From positions 1 to 64,000 of the IMG/VR virus record IMGVR_UViG_3300042147_000020: a stretch of DNA of 64,000 nucleotides. One strand, given 5' to 3'. The notes under the pieces were generated by a model, which did no database searches, was not told the origin of the DNA, and saw only the letters and a list, made by a program, of their open reading frames with translations. The translations under genes and the position numbers were made by a program. Positions 1 through 9,097 of this stretch are shown here, one piece after another (within the stretch, counting starts at the first letter, position 1; every line of letters begins with the position of its first letter).

Positions 1-569
1 TGTACAGCAACGAAGTCTTCCGGCGAACCAGTCAACTTGGCCCAGTGTTCCAGAACACGACGGTACTCGTAAGCGATGGTGGCGTTGGTGACCATTTTCC
101 AGATCAGGTTCGACATCGACGTTTCGAGGTAGTTCGTGAACCAGAAGAAATCCGGGTCGGTGTTGTAGATCACGTACAGCGGCACGTTCATGTTGACACG
201 TGAGCCTTCTGGCAGACCTAGGACTTGGATCGGCAGGTAGCCCAGATCGTGTAGACGTTCCATGCCATCGGTAGGAACTTTACCGACACCCATGTAGTTG
301 TCCATGCGACGCTTGTAACGACGGATCACAGCTTCTTTAGGCTGGGAGAAGAACGACTTGTCCCACAGCTCTTTCAGCTCTTGTAGGATGCCCTGTAGAC
401 CGAACCAAGCAACCTTGTGGTCCCAGAACTTGGACGCCGACACCGACTTCAGGAACAAACGATCAGCACGAGCTGTCAGGTTCCCGTAAGTGTAGTTGGT
501 GTGCAGAGGGAACATCTGACGGTGTGGGATTTTGTAACCGTCAGCAACGTGAGGGGCGAACAGGTTCAT
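1..569 (-). CDS. Nicotinamide phosphoribosyltransferase-family protein (likely Namat of NARP1); runs off the left edge of the window
   Basis: Not in the ORF track; translated by hand from ATG at 569: MNLFAPHVADGYKIPHRQMFP...WFGLQG...LHDLGYLPIQVLGLPEGSRV...FFWFTNYLET...WKMVTNATIAYEYR. These are NAMPT/NadV motifs (DxYKxxH, FGLQ, GYLPI, PEG, WxTNYLET). ATGA overlap with the stop of the upstream Prs-like gene. Confidence 0.9.
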   Translation of the reverse strand, partial: MNLFAPHVADGYKIPHRQMFPLHTNYTYGNLTARADRLFLKSVSASKFWDHKVAWFGLQGILQELKELWDKSFFSQPKEAVIRRYKRRMDNYMGVGKVPTDGMERLHDLGYLPIQVLGLPEGSRVNMNVPLYVIYNTDPDFFWFTNYLETSMSNLIWKMVTNATIAYEYRRVLEHWAKLTGSPEDFVAV

Positions 570-1495
570 GCAAAAATTCCTTGTACGGAGTGCCAGTAGA
601 TTGCTTGATCAGTAACGCCATCAGGACGTTGGCTGTATTGCGCTTCAGGGTGCCACGAGTTGGTGGTCTCGATGCGGCTGTAGTGACGCTTCAGCTCATC
701 GTAACCTTTGGTGAACAGGCCGTGCGTAACCCACAGTTCCAGAGTGTACGCAGGTTTCGCCGTCAGTGGATCACCGAGGCCGAGAATTGGGTCGAGCTTC
801 TCACGCAGAGCCTTCGCCAGTTCCACGAAGGTGTAACCGCCGTCACAGATGTCGTCGACTACCAACCAGTTCATGTCTGCACGCGGTTCGAAGTTGAAGT
901 CCACGCGAGTACCAGTGATCTTGCCGGTAGCAGTGTCACGGTCTTTAAAGCCACAGACCACGTGAGGACAGCCAACCATGCGAGCCAGCTCGAGGGTCTT
1001 CTTCATAGCGCCAGCATCGGGAGCTACGAGTACGGTGTTGGTCCACGCACCAGTGTTCGCTTCGTTACGACGAGTCATGGCCTTCGCCACCACTTGTGGG
1101 AGCGAGATGTGACGAACACGATCCAACAGCGCCAGACCGGTGTCACTGTGAACGTCCAGCACCGACACGGTAGCGTATTGCTGGGAGTTGATCAGGTCAC
1201 AGAACGGCTTGATGGTCAGCGACTCACCGGGACGCGGTACACGGTCTTGACGAGCGTACGGTAAGTACGGCATCCATAGGTGAATCTGGATGGCCGGGTT
1301 CAGACGACGGATGGCGTCAGTGACCATCAACAGGTCCATGATGTCCGTGCCGTTCTTCAGGTGTGCGGTCAGGTTGACAGCAGTCCATGTAGCGACGGTA
1401 GGGTCGACGTATGGGTGCACTTCACCACCCGGCAACACTTTGGAGTCAGCAGGAAACGAGACAGACGTGTTCCCACGGTTGCTAATCAGAATCAT
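566..1495 (-). CDS. Ribose-phosphate pyrophosphokinase-like protein (likely ADPR-PP synthetase Adps of NARP1)
   Basis: Motifs MPYLPYARQDR, LDVHS, VAPDAGA, KxRD, VVDDICDGGxTF, VTHGLF. Start moved to ATG 1495 (RBS AAGGAAG). Confidence 0.9.
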   Translation of the reverse strand: MILISNRGNTSVSFPADSKVLPGGEVHPYVDPTVATWTAVNLTAHLKNGTDIMDLLMVTDAIRRLNPAIQIHLWMPYLPYARQDRVPRPGESLTIKPFCDLINSQQYATVSVLDVHSDTGLALLDRVRHISLPQVVAKAMTRRNEANTGAWTNTVLVAPDAGAMKKTLELARMVGCPHVVCGFKDRDTATGKITGTRVDFNFEPRADMNWLVVDDICDGGYTFVELAKALREKLDPILGLGDPLTAKPAYTLELWVTHGLFTKGYDELKRHYSRIETTNSWHPEAQYSQRPDGVTDQAIYWHSVQGIFA

Positions 1496-1557
1496 TGGAA
1501 CTTCCTTTTCTTTTTTTACAAAACGGGTTACTCTCACATGATCTTGAGTGTATGTAG

Positions 1558-1583
1558 AAAAAAAAACAAGGGGCCGAAGCCCC
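1558..1583 (-). terminator. Rho-independent terminator
   Basis: GGGGC-CGAA-GCCCC hairpin followed by a T-tract on the minus strand. Confidence 0.7.
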
Positions 1584-1621
1584 GAGTTTTATTCTTCGTC
1601 TGGCGAACTACCCAGTTGCTT

Positions 1622-2668
1622 TTACTGCTCGCATATTTCTACATCCAACGAACGACGGTTAAGGATGGTGGCGAGTGGGGTGTAATCGGAATCGAAAGTT
1701 ACTTCAACCCCGATAGACTCGTTCTCAACCAGAGGTACCTGCACCAAGAGCGCTTGGTACACCTGTGGAACCTGAGTCCACTCAAGATCGCCACTCGATA
1801 AACCGAGCACACACTGCATCTCACGAGAGAACGAAACGCAGTAACCACACGGCTGCCACGCGATAGGCTTGAGGGTGATAACCCCGTCCACGAAGCGCAC
1901 ACCGTATTCATCTTCCACCATGAGGAATTCATGGAGACGCACTTCGATCGGATCACGGTACTCTTTGTCCGTCAGCACCACACCTCGGAACAGCCCCGGT
2001 TTGTACTCGCGATCTTTCAAGAACGTAGCGGTGGTGTAGTGGTGGTCCCAGAATTTATCGTACTGGAAGTTGAATGCCACCTGACCGATTTGTCCGTAGG
2101 CGGCGTCTTGCTTCAGTGAAGGCAGTTCCTCCAACGTACTGCTGATGCGAAAGTCACGGAATTGCATCGACGGCACACTGTACTCCAGACTCACCAAGCC
2201 TGTGTCATTGGCTTGACTGAGCGCTATCTGGCGCTTCAGACACAACAGCTTAACCATCCCACAGGTCACTGGTACCGTGATGTAAGCCATGTCATGGTAA
2301 CCCACGGAGTCATCGCCAGCTCGCCGTTTGTTCACGTAACGGACGTACTCCGTGAACGCATGGTTCTGTACCCAGAGGGGCTTCACACAACTGTGAGCGA
2401 TCGGTTCCAGCCTGATCAAGTCCCAGTAGTACGAACGTTGAGCATGAGGTTCGACCATACGTTTGATCTTGGCCATAGGGCCGTTTCCACCCAGGACAGC
2501 ACCGAGGAAACGAGTGCGTTGGTCACCGAAGAACATCGCGGCGTGAGAAGACAACATACCCACAGCCTGAGCTACTTGCGGGACAGCCATACACTGAGTA
2601 CTGGCTGACTGAATACCGCTAACCAGTTTGTTGACGCTTTCTTCAAGAGCAGGATCGAACGGATTCAT
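1622..2668 (-). CDS. Hypothetical protein
   Basis: Long ORF in the minus-strand operon; probable start MNPFD at 2668. Confidence 0.75.
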   Translation of the reverse strand: MNPFDPALEESVNKLVSGIQSASTQCMAVPQVAQAVGMLSSHAAMFFGDQRTRFLGAVLGGNGPMAKIKRMVEPHAQRSYYWDLIRLEPIAHSCVKPLWVQNHAFTEYVRYVNKRRAGDDSVGYHDMAYITVPVTCGMVKLLCLKRQIALSQANDTGLVSLEYSVPSMQFRDFRISSTLEELPSLKQDAAYGQIGQVAFNFQYDKFWDHHYTTATFLKDREYKPGLFRGVVLTDKEYRDPIEVRLHEFLMVEDEYGVRFVDGVITLKPIAWQPCGYCVSFSREMQCVLGLSSGDLEWTQVPQVYQALLVQVPLVENESIGVEVTFDSDYTPLATILNRRSLDVEICEQ

Positions 2669-2834
2669 GTAAGTACGCCCACCAATTACCAAAGGTTACG
2701 AAAGAGACCATGAAGGGGAGGCAGAGCCATCCCCAAATCGCTGGACCGAAGTGATCTACTGCTCTGATCAAACAGTAGAAGAAGCCAAGTCCACTGAGGA
2801 TCGCCAGCGTTGCGACGATCTGTAGCGCTAGCAT
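2643..2834 (-). CDS. Small membrane protein (2 TM)
   Basis: 63 aa with two hydrophobic segments; fills the gap between flanking genes. Confidence 0.6.
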   Translation of the reverse strand: MLALQIVATLAILSGLGFFYCLIRAVDHFGPAIWGWLCLPFMVSFVTFGNWWAYLHESVRSCS

Positions 2835-3553
2835 TCCACCACCGGTGAGTCACAGGTGTAGCAGTGTTCGCCGAGGTTCATGTTACCTTTCAAATCACCA
2901 GCAGCGCAGGAGGGTTCATCGAAAGGACTGAGCTTAGGGCCCTGATAATCCGCCGGATATACTGGACGCTCTTCACCACCCAGTACATCAGACATGAACT
3001 GAGTGGACTCAGCTACTGTGGACGTACCACGAGGACCGATGTCAGACATGATGTCTCGTTGTGGAGACTGCACCACAGTGATCAGGTCTTGTCGGTAACG
3101 CGTGTCGTAGTCAGGCTCACCCGGCAACACGTTCGCCATGTCAGGGTACATTACCTGAGCAACCTGCAAACCTTTACCAGCGCGTTGTTTCAGCTCAACG
3201 CAGTACTTGGTCACGGCTTCTTCCCCGTGGAGCAAACGAGTGTTACTGCGCATCACCTTGTCGGGTTCAGTCGATTTCACGATGTCAGTCCGCACTTCGT
3301 AAGACGCTACCTTCTCACGCAACCAAGCGTTAGCCTGGTTCTTGAGGATCGCACCCATGACGCTGTTGGGGATGGGTCCACAGATAAACAATTCTGGGAG
3401 TCCCTTGTGTGACAGGCCGACGGTGTACGAGTAGTTCACCGGGTTAGCACCAAACACGGGTGGTGGATTGACCGACAGGATAGCAAAGCCATTCGAGGCG
3501 ATCGAACGTTTGATGTGACGCTTGAGTTGTTTACGGTTGTCAGCAACTTTCAT
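2828..3553 (-). CDS. DUF4262-like protein
   Basis: Motifs YSYTVGLSHKGLPELFICG and QVMYPDxxxVLPGEPDY; GGAG RBS. Confidence 0.7.
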   Translation of the reverse strand: MKVADNRKQLKRHIKRSIASNGFAILSVNPPPVFGANPVNYSYTVGLSHKGLPELFICGPIPNSVMGAILKNQANAWLREKVASYEVRTDIVKSTEPDKVMRSNTRLLHGEEAVTKYCVELKQRAGKGLQVAQVMYPDMANVLPGEPDYDTRYRQDLITVVQSPQRDIMSDIGPRGTSTVAESTQFMSDVLGGEERPVYPADYQGPKLSPFDEPSCAAGDLKGNMNLGEHCYTCDSPVVEC

Positions 3554-3568
3554 TTTAAGCTCCTTAGC

Positions 3569-4030
3569 TTACAGGCGGTATTCGATTGGACCCGTGCCTT
3601 TTGGCAGAGGTTTGATGCGGGTACGGCGACGAGGCTTCTTCACGGCCTCAGGTACGTACATGAACAGGGCTGGCGCAGAGAAATCAGGTAGCCCTTTACG
3701 GACTTGAACCAGTATCGCCATCATCGGGACTTTGGGTGGATTAGACCAATCCATCTCGATGGTGTTTCCGTCACTCCAGCGGATGGTAGAGTCATGGTGC
3801 CGGGCGGCGAACTGAGTGATACCGATGTCTTTGATCTCGCGCTTGATGTCGGTAGCCTTGCCCTTGATCGTGACGTGGTAATAGTAGTTGTCCAGATCCG
3901 TCCCTGAGGCAATTTCAAAGTACGTCAGGTTTGGGTTGACCGGTGCAGTCAGGAGGAAACAACGAGTACCCCCGAATGCCGCAGAACGGTTAGTGGAGTA
4001 CTCTTTCAGTTGTCGAACGATCAAACTCAT
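3569..4030 (-). CDS. Hypothetical protein
   Basis: 153-aa ORF with ATGA overlap to the upstream gene. Confidence 0.75.
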   Translation of the reverse strand: MSLIVRQLKEYSTNRSAAFGGTRCFLLTAPVNPNLTYFEIASGTDLDNYYYHVTIKGKATDIKREIKDIGITQFAARHHDSTIRWSDGNTIEMDWSNPPKVPMMAILVQVRKGLPDFSAPALFMYVPEAVKKPRRRTRIKPLPKGTGPIEYRL

Positions 4031-4434
4031 ACAGCAACTTCCTTAGGTGCGTAGTGGTTGAGGATCACACGGCACTCTGCTTCGGTTGGTGGACGTGGGG
4101 GAGTGTTCTCGAACATCAACCAGATTGCTTCCGTACGACCACGGGATTTGTACCAACCCACCCACAGGCAAACGGGTTGGGAAACCATGTGTCCTTTTTC
4201 GTTCCTCGGAAGTACGTCGATGTCGAGCAGGCTGATCGTAGCGAAGTGTTGGTTCTCTTCGCACTGGTGATTGATACGACGGTTGTCCTCCATTTCAGCC
4301 AGATCACGGATCTCGTTGCAGGTAGCGCAGTTCCAGTTCTCACCGGAGAAAGGGCCCTTCAAGAAACCACACTTCGGGTCAGCCCCGTTCCACGTTTTAC
4401 CACGGGCTAGACAGGCTTGGCATTCAGTAGTCAT
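4027..4434 (-). CDS. Cys-rich hypothetical protein (possible Zn-binding)
   Basis: CxxC...C...CxxC pattern and WYKSRGRT motif; coupled to both neighbours. Confidence 0.7.
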   Translation of the reverse strand: MTTECQACLARGKTWNGADPKCGFLKGPFSGENWNCATCNEIRDLAEMEDNRRINHQCEENQHFATISLLDIDVLPRNEKGHMVSQPVCLWVGWYKSRGRTEAIWLMFENTPPRPPTEAECRVILNHYAPKEVAV

Positions 4435-5033
4435 TACGCAGCTCTCTTGAGTTCGTTCCCACGGTGGTCAAGGAATTTGGTTGCACGCTCCATACCCTCC
4501 TCCGTGTAGAGATTAATTCGATTCTTAACGCCACACTTGATGGCGAGTTGTAGTGCGGTGTTCGTACCACCTTTGACTTTCTCAGTCTTACCCACGGGTT
4601 TGCCCCAGTAGACAATCGAGCGAACAGGATCAGTAAGACACGCCCCCATGATCTGGAATACGTTTCGAGTGTGCATCGCAATGCCACCACGACCCATACC
4701 TTCCCAACTCCCGCGAGCTTCCAGCGCAATACTGTTAGCAGTTTCCCATGTTGCGAACTTGCTCGCATCGAAGAAGTAGTTCTTTGGATCATGGTAACGG
4801 TTACGTACGCCGTTCCAAGCCAAATAAATACGGGCACCCAACGTGTGGAAGTGAGGAGAGAGTAACGCCCCCTCGTAAAAGGCGGTGTCAGCTCCCTCAG
4901 CGTCGCCAGAGGAGAGTGCGAACCCTTGGGCATACAAAGCCACACTGATTCGCCGCATAAGCTCCAAGATCTCCTCAGGCGTTTCTCGACTACCTACCCC
5001 AGCGTACCAACCTTTGAATGGAATCGGCAACAT
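4434..5033 (-). CDS. SLOG-superfamily / DprA-like nucleotide-binding protein
   Basis: Motifs YAGVGSRETP, LSSGDAEGADTAF, HTRNVFQIMG, KGGTNTA. Confidence 0.8.
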   Translation of the reverse strand: MLPIPFKGWYAGVGSRETPEEILELMRRISVALYAQGFALSSGDAEGADTAFYEGALLSPHFHTLGARIYLAWNGVRNRYHDPKNYFFDASKFATWETANSIALEARGSWEGMGRGGIAMHTRNVFQIMGACLTDPVRSIVYWGKPVGKTEKVKGGTNTALQLAIKCGVKNRINLYTEEGMERATKFLDHRGNELKRAA

Positions 5034-5045
5034 AAGTCCGGTACC

Positions 5046-5378
5046 TCACCCATTGAAAGACAGGTACCACTCGTCGACCGACAGATCCGGCAAAGGACCT
5101 CGCACCTTAAAGGAAGTGACCTTCATTTGGTCGCCGTTCAAGTCGCGGGTGTAAACCATAGAACCAACCAGTTCAGTGGTACTACGATCCACACGACCAA
5201 AACCCACACCTACCCGAGTGTGATCAACCAAGTTGAAGTCTGGGTGGGTCTGGAGGTGGTTGACCAGTAACGCGAACGTATCAAAGCCAACACGTTCTAC
5301 GTTACTGGCTACTGGGACCTCTACCCCTTGCTGGTCTATATAGACGAGTTCAAAGGGGGCAAGTTGGCTAGGGAGCAT
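5046..5378 (-). CDS. Hypothetical protein
   Basis: 110-aa ORF with GAGG RBS. Confidence 0.6.
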   Translation of the reverse strand: MLPSQLAPFELVYIDQQGVEVPVASNVERVGFDTFALLVNHLQTHPDFNLVDHTRVGVGFGRVDRSTTELVGSMVYTRDLNGDQMKVTSFKVRGPLPDLSVDEWYLSFNG

Positions 5379-5770
5379 ATCGGTTCCTCGTCTCCGTCCA
5401 ACTCAAGTTGAACAAAGAGGTTGTTGTTGATGATTTGGAAATGGTTCATCGTGTAGACGTACCACTCTGCCTTCTTGAGAATTGGCGCTAGGTACGGATA
5501 CATAGCGTTATAGAGTAGCCAGATAAATTCGTAGAACTCTTGGGACTTCAAGTCCTCAAGGTAATTACAATCTTCTTCCTCATCTTCATTCTCGATCAAC
5601 ATATCCAAATACATGTGGAACAGGTGTCCAACAACCTCTCGTTCTTTGTATTCCTTGTCTTGAAGCATGAAACTGGCGACAAAGTCTACGCAGTAGTACA
5701 TGTGTTTCTCGACACGCCCAGACGCATTGCGATAAATGTGACCGAGTGGTATCAATAGGTTCTGTTCCAC
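5336..5770 (-). CDS. Acidic hypothetical protein
   Basis: 144 aa, GTG start with GGAGG RBS, acidic run ENEDEEED. Confidence 0.7.
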   Translation of the reverse strand: MEQNLLIPLGHIYRNASGRVEKHMYYCVDFVASFMLQDKEYKEREVVGHLFHMYLDMLIENEDEEEDCNYLEDLKSQEFYEFIWLLYNAMYPYLAPILKKAEWYVYTMNHFQIINNNLFVQLELDGDEEPICSLANLPPLNSSI

Positions 5771-5778
5771 GGTGCCTC

Positions 5779-6009
5779 CTAGAACGGATAGATCTTAAAC
5801 GTCCAGAGGGCGACCGCCAGCATCTGACCGAGGAAAAGAAAACACAGTCCTTGCCAGACCATCCATTTCTCGATACGACCTTCCCACGAGATCCGTAGCG
5901 CATGTGCCCAGTCCCGAGGACGCAGTCCCAACCAACGCACGCAGATATACAACAAAGCCAAAGCCCAGATGACCAGACCCAACACCAACCCAGCTATGAA
6001 TACATTCAT
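5779..6009 (-). CDS. Small membrane protein
   Basis: 76 aa, two TM segments, AGGAAG RBS. Confidence 0.7.
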   Translation of the reverse strand: MNVFIAGLVLGLVIWALALLYICVRWLGLRPRDWAHALRISWEGRIEKWMVWQGLCFLFLGQMLAVALWTFKIYPF

Positions 6010-6034
6010 AATCTTGCTTCCTTAAGCCAGAGGG

Positions 6035-6062
6035 TATAAAAGGCTCTCCCGAAGGAGAGCCT
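6035..6062 (-). terminator. Rho-independent terminator
   Basis: AGGCTCTCC-CGAA-GGAGAGCCT with TTTTATAC on the minus strand. Confidence 0.75.
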
Positions 6063-6067
6063 CAGTT

Positions 6068-6532
6068 TCAACCGTACACGCCTTGCACGGCCAACCACGT
6101 GGTCAGCACAGCACTAATCACAACGATCGCAAAGGAGATCTTCTGATCAGCCGCACGATGTACGTTGCCTTTTGTCCGGGTGAGTTTCCAGACGTTGTTC
6201 CACTTCTTGACATCCGTCCCCACTTCACTCATCGCCCACAATACGCGGTAGACCGTGAAGGTAAAGAAGAACATCCCAACACCCCAGAACACTGCCGCAC
6301 GAGCCACACCACCAGACCCGACACCCCAGTTAGCCAGACTGCCCACAACACTCAGCGTGATGACGAACGCCACCATGTACCAGAGTGGAGTGTCTTTGGA
6401 TACTACGACGAACACCATCGTTGGGATGTAGCTTTTGAAGTTGAACTTGTGGGTCATGAACATCGCTACGAACAACAACGCCACCGAGATCCCAATGCCC
6501 ACCACCAAACCTGTTAAGATTGCATTAAACAT
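6068..6532 (-). CDS. Multi-pass membrane protein
   Basis: 154 aa, 4-5 hydrophobic segments. Confidence 0.75.
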   Translation of the reverse strand: MFNAILTGLVVGIGISVALLFVAMFMTHKFNFKSYIPTMVFVVVSKDTPLWYMVAFVITLSVVGSLANWGVGSGGVARAAVFWGVGMFFFTFTVYRVLWAMSEVGTDVKKWNNVWKLTRTKGNVHRAADQKISFAIVVISAVLTTWLAVQGVYG

Positions 6533-6773
6533 TGTGTAGCTTCCCCAGTGCGTAAAGAATCAACACAATGAAAGCAGCGATCAGCGCTGCGTTGATCACC
6601 ATGTGCCAAAAGTCATCGCGAGTCTTGCTGTCGCGGAACGCTACGAAGAACGCAGCTTCGGGCCACTGCCAGATCTTCCAGCGACTATTAATGTAGCCAA
6701 TGTGGATGAACAGACACACCAACAGTAGCACCCAGATTGCCAGAAACGGTTTCAGATACATCCAGTACATCAC
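6525..6773 (-). CDS. Small membrane protein
   Basis: 82 aa, two TM segments. Confidence 0.7.
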   Translation of the reverse strand: MMYWMYLKPFLAIWVLLLVCLFIHIGYINSRWKIWQWPEAAFFVAFRDSKTRDDFWHMVINAALIAAFIVLILYALGKLHNV

Positions 6774-6785
6774 ATCACCCCTTTG

Positions 6786-7676
6786 TTAACGATTGCCAAT
6801 GTTGTCGCCCGGTTCTTCGTCTTCGTCTTCGAAGGCTACTTCGTCGTACTCTAAGTCGACTTCCTGTGTAGTGTTTTTGTCAAGCATTGCTGCAACGTGT
6901 AGATGTCGATACAGTCTCGGTAAGAACCGCGCATGACGGTAGATCACTTGACCATCAATGTAACGACGGAAGTTCCACGTGAAGAGATACATCGCTAGGC
7001 GACGGATAGACTTGAGTCCTGGTTCAGAGAAGTCAAACTGTTCCATCGTGTTCAGACGACTTACCTTACGCCAGAATTCTTCAAAGCTGTAGTGGTATTG
7101 AATCCACTCCATCTTGTCCTGCGGGTAAGCATCAACAGCGAGTTGCAGATACTCGTCGGTGTGTACCTTGAGCATGCCTTCGATCAGGTGTAAGTACTGG
7201 GTCTTCTCTTCAAAGAAGTAACGCATCCCAAACTCAGCACCCATCATCCCGTAGTTACCTTCGCCCGTGCGGGCTAACGGGTTGCTTTGTCTCTTACGTT
7301 CCTTCATCCACTGTTGGTCTTCCATCAACTTCTGATGTTGTCGCTGTTGGAAGACTTTCTCTTTATAGATCTTCTCATCTTTAAGCGACTTTAGGAAACC
7401 CTTGTAAGTCGGATACTCCATACGTTGAGCCACTAACAACTGTGCCATATCGAGCGGTACGCCAAGGTCCTGAAACAGATGCGTGATGACCCGTTGAGTG
7501 AACAGGATGGAGACGTACGACTTGTCGTCCAACTGTTCCAACCCCAACTCTACAGCGATGAAGTCCACTGCGTCAGGTAACACCGGGGCTAACTTCGCCC
7601 GTTGTGCTGGTGTCAGTGCTACACCACGGCGACCGTAACAGTAGATTCTTTTTGGCTTCTTAGTTGGCTCTGTCAT
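6786..7676 (-). CDS. Hypothetical protein with acidic C-terminal tail
   Basis: Start moved to MTEPTKK at 7676 (GAGG RBS); the longer ORF overlaps the upstream gene and its hairpin. Confidence 0.75.
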   Translation of the reverse strand: MTEPTKKPKRIYCYGRRGVALTPAQRAKLAPVLPDAVDFIAVELGLEQLDDKSYVSILFTQRVITHLFQDLGVPLDMAQLLVAQRMEYPTYKGFLKSLKDEKIYKEKVFQQRQHQKLMEDQQWMKERKRQSNPLARTGEGNYGMMGAEFGMRYFFEEKTQYLHLIEGMLKVHTDEYLQLAVDAYPQDKMEWIQYHYSFEEFWRKVSRLNTMEQFDFSEPGLKSIRRLAMYLFTWNFRRYIDGQVIYRHARFLPRLYRHLHVAAMLDKNTTQEVDLEYDEVAFEDEDEEPGDNIGNR

Positions 7677-7737
7677 CAGAGTACCTCTAGTTAGTAATGA
7701 TCGTGTGTAGGACGGGGCTCCGAGAAGCCCCTGTGTT

Positions 7738-7986
7738 TCAGTAACCCCGATAAGGTCGAGGTACTTCGTGTTGCGTTGGTTCTGGACCCCAATCTTCACG
7801 AGGAGGATCGGGAATACCTTTAGCCCGGCGTGCGTTACGGATACGATCAGAACGAGCAGCATGGTAACCGCTCAGATACGATTCCTTTACGGCACGCTTG
7901 ACCGTCTTACGGATTGGCAGACCACCCATCCCGTCCTTACAACCCAGTTCGAATGCTGCCGACTTACGCTGCGTTGTTTTAGACAT
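7738..7986 (-). CDS. Small basic protein, possible Rmf-fold
   Basis: AAFELGCKDGMGG...ESYLSGYHAARSDR resembles the pattern of ribosome modulation factor; starts 1 nt after the dcd stop. Confidence 0.55.
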   Translation of the reverse strand: MSKTTQRKSAAFELGCKDGMGGLPIRKTVKRAVKESYLSGYHAARSDRIRNARRAKGIPDPPREDWGPEPTQHEVPRPYRGY

Positions 7987-7987
7987 G

Positions 7988-8782
7988 TCAGATCCTCGGC
8001 ACTACGACACCGGTTTGACCTTGATACTTGCCATCACGATCTTTGTAGGAGGTTTCGCACTCTTCGTCGGACTCGAAGAACAACATCTGTGCAACACCTT
8101 CGTTCGCGTAGATCTTGGCCGGGAGGTTGGTGGTGTTGGAGAACTCCAACGTTACATGACCCTCCCACTCAGGTTCCAGCGGGGTGACGTTCACGATGAT
8201 GCCACAGCGAGCGTAAGTGGACTTACCCAAGCAGATGGTCAACACGTTACGTGGGATACGGAAGTACTCCACGGTACGGGCCAACACGAACGAGTTCGGT
8301 GGAATAATGCAGACCGGACCTTTGAAATCAACGAAGCATTTATCGTCGAAGTTCTTGGGGTCAATGACCGAGGAGTTGATGTTGGTGAAGATCTTGAACT
8401 CGTCAGCACACCGTACGTCGTAACCATACGACGAAGTGCCGTAGGAAATGAGTTTGTCGGCATTCGGGTTCTGAAGTTGGTGCATCGTAGCTTCAGCGTC
8501 ACACATCTCATCCAACATGCTGTTGAACTTGTCAGGAGCCATGCGGCGGACTTGACCGGCTTCGAACGGCTCGATCATTGGTTTGAAGTCACGGACCAAG
8601 GGGTGCTCCGGCTTCAGTCGCCCAGCCCAGAAACGGTTTTCCAGATCTTGCAACTGATCGACGGTGTGGGTGTTACCTTCCCACGCCAGACTGGCGATGT
8701 CGCTCGAACCAGAGCGGGCAGCGATGGAGTGGGTTGGTGGCATGGATTTACGACGAATCCAGCGATCGGGCTTGATGCTCAT
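7988..8782 (-). CDS. dcd: dCTP deaminase with two N-terminal insertions
   Basis: [59 protein letters not shown] closely match proteobacterial Dcd. Confidence 0.95.
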   Translation of the reverse strand: MSIKPDRWIRRKSMPPTHSIAARSGSSDIASLAWEGNTHTVDQLQDLENRFWAGRLKPEHPLVRDFKPMIEPFEAGQVRRMAPDKFNSMLDEMCDAEATMHQLQNPNADKLISYGTSSYGYDVRCADEFKIFTNINSSVIDPKNFDDKCFVDFKGPVCIIPPNSFVLARTVEYFRIPRNVLTICLGKSTYARCGIIVNVTPLEPEWEGHVTLEFSNTTNLPAKIYANEGVAQMLFFESDEECETSYKDRDGKYQGQTGVVVPRI

Positions 8783-9084
8783 TGCGTTTCCTTGGAGAGA
8801 TGGATATTGCGATACGTGTAGTCGTCTACGACCAAGAAGTGATCTGGTATAATTTCAATCACCCAGTCACCGGGGTTAACCAACAACTTACCTTGGCGGG
8901 TAGCAATTACCCCCATGACAGACCACTGATACATGTGGGCGTCTTTGGAACAACCTGAGGTACCAATCAGCTTGTGTACCTCCATATAACAGGTACCTGT
9001 GACCAGAGGGTGATCCAGACACTCGTAACCGTTGGTAGCCTCAGCATTCCAACGTACTGCATTGTGGATCTTTATATGGGTCAT
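8779..9084 (-). CDS. Small phage protein of the 'TLEG...PGDWI' family (divergent)
   Basis: AVRWN...[19 protein letters not shown]; start moved to ATG 9084 (AGGGAG RBS); ATGA overlap with dcd. Confidence 0.6.
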   Translation of the reverse strand: MTHIKIHNAVRWNAEATNGYECLDHPLVTGTCYMEVHKLIGTSGCSKDAHMYQWSVMGVIATRQGKLLVNPGDWVIEIIPDHFLVVDDYTYRNIHLSKETQ

Positions 9085-9097
9085 TGGTTTACTCCCT

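Noticed and set aside
8460-8740. Intein or intron in dcd
   Set aside because: The insertions are short and in frame, with no C/S...HN termini.
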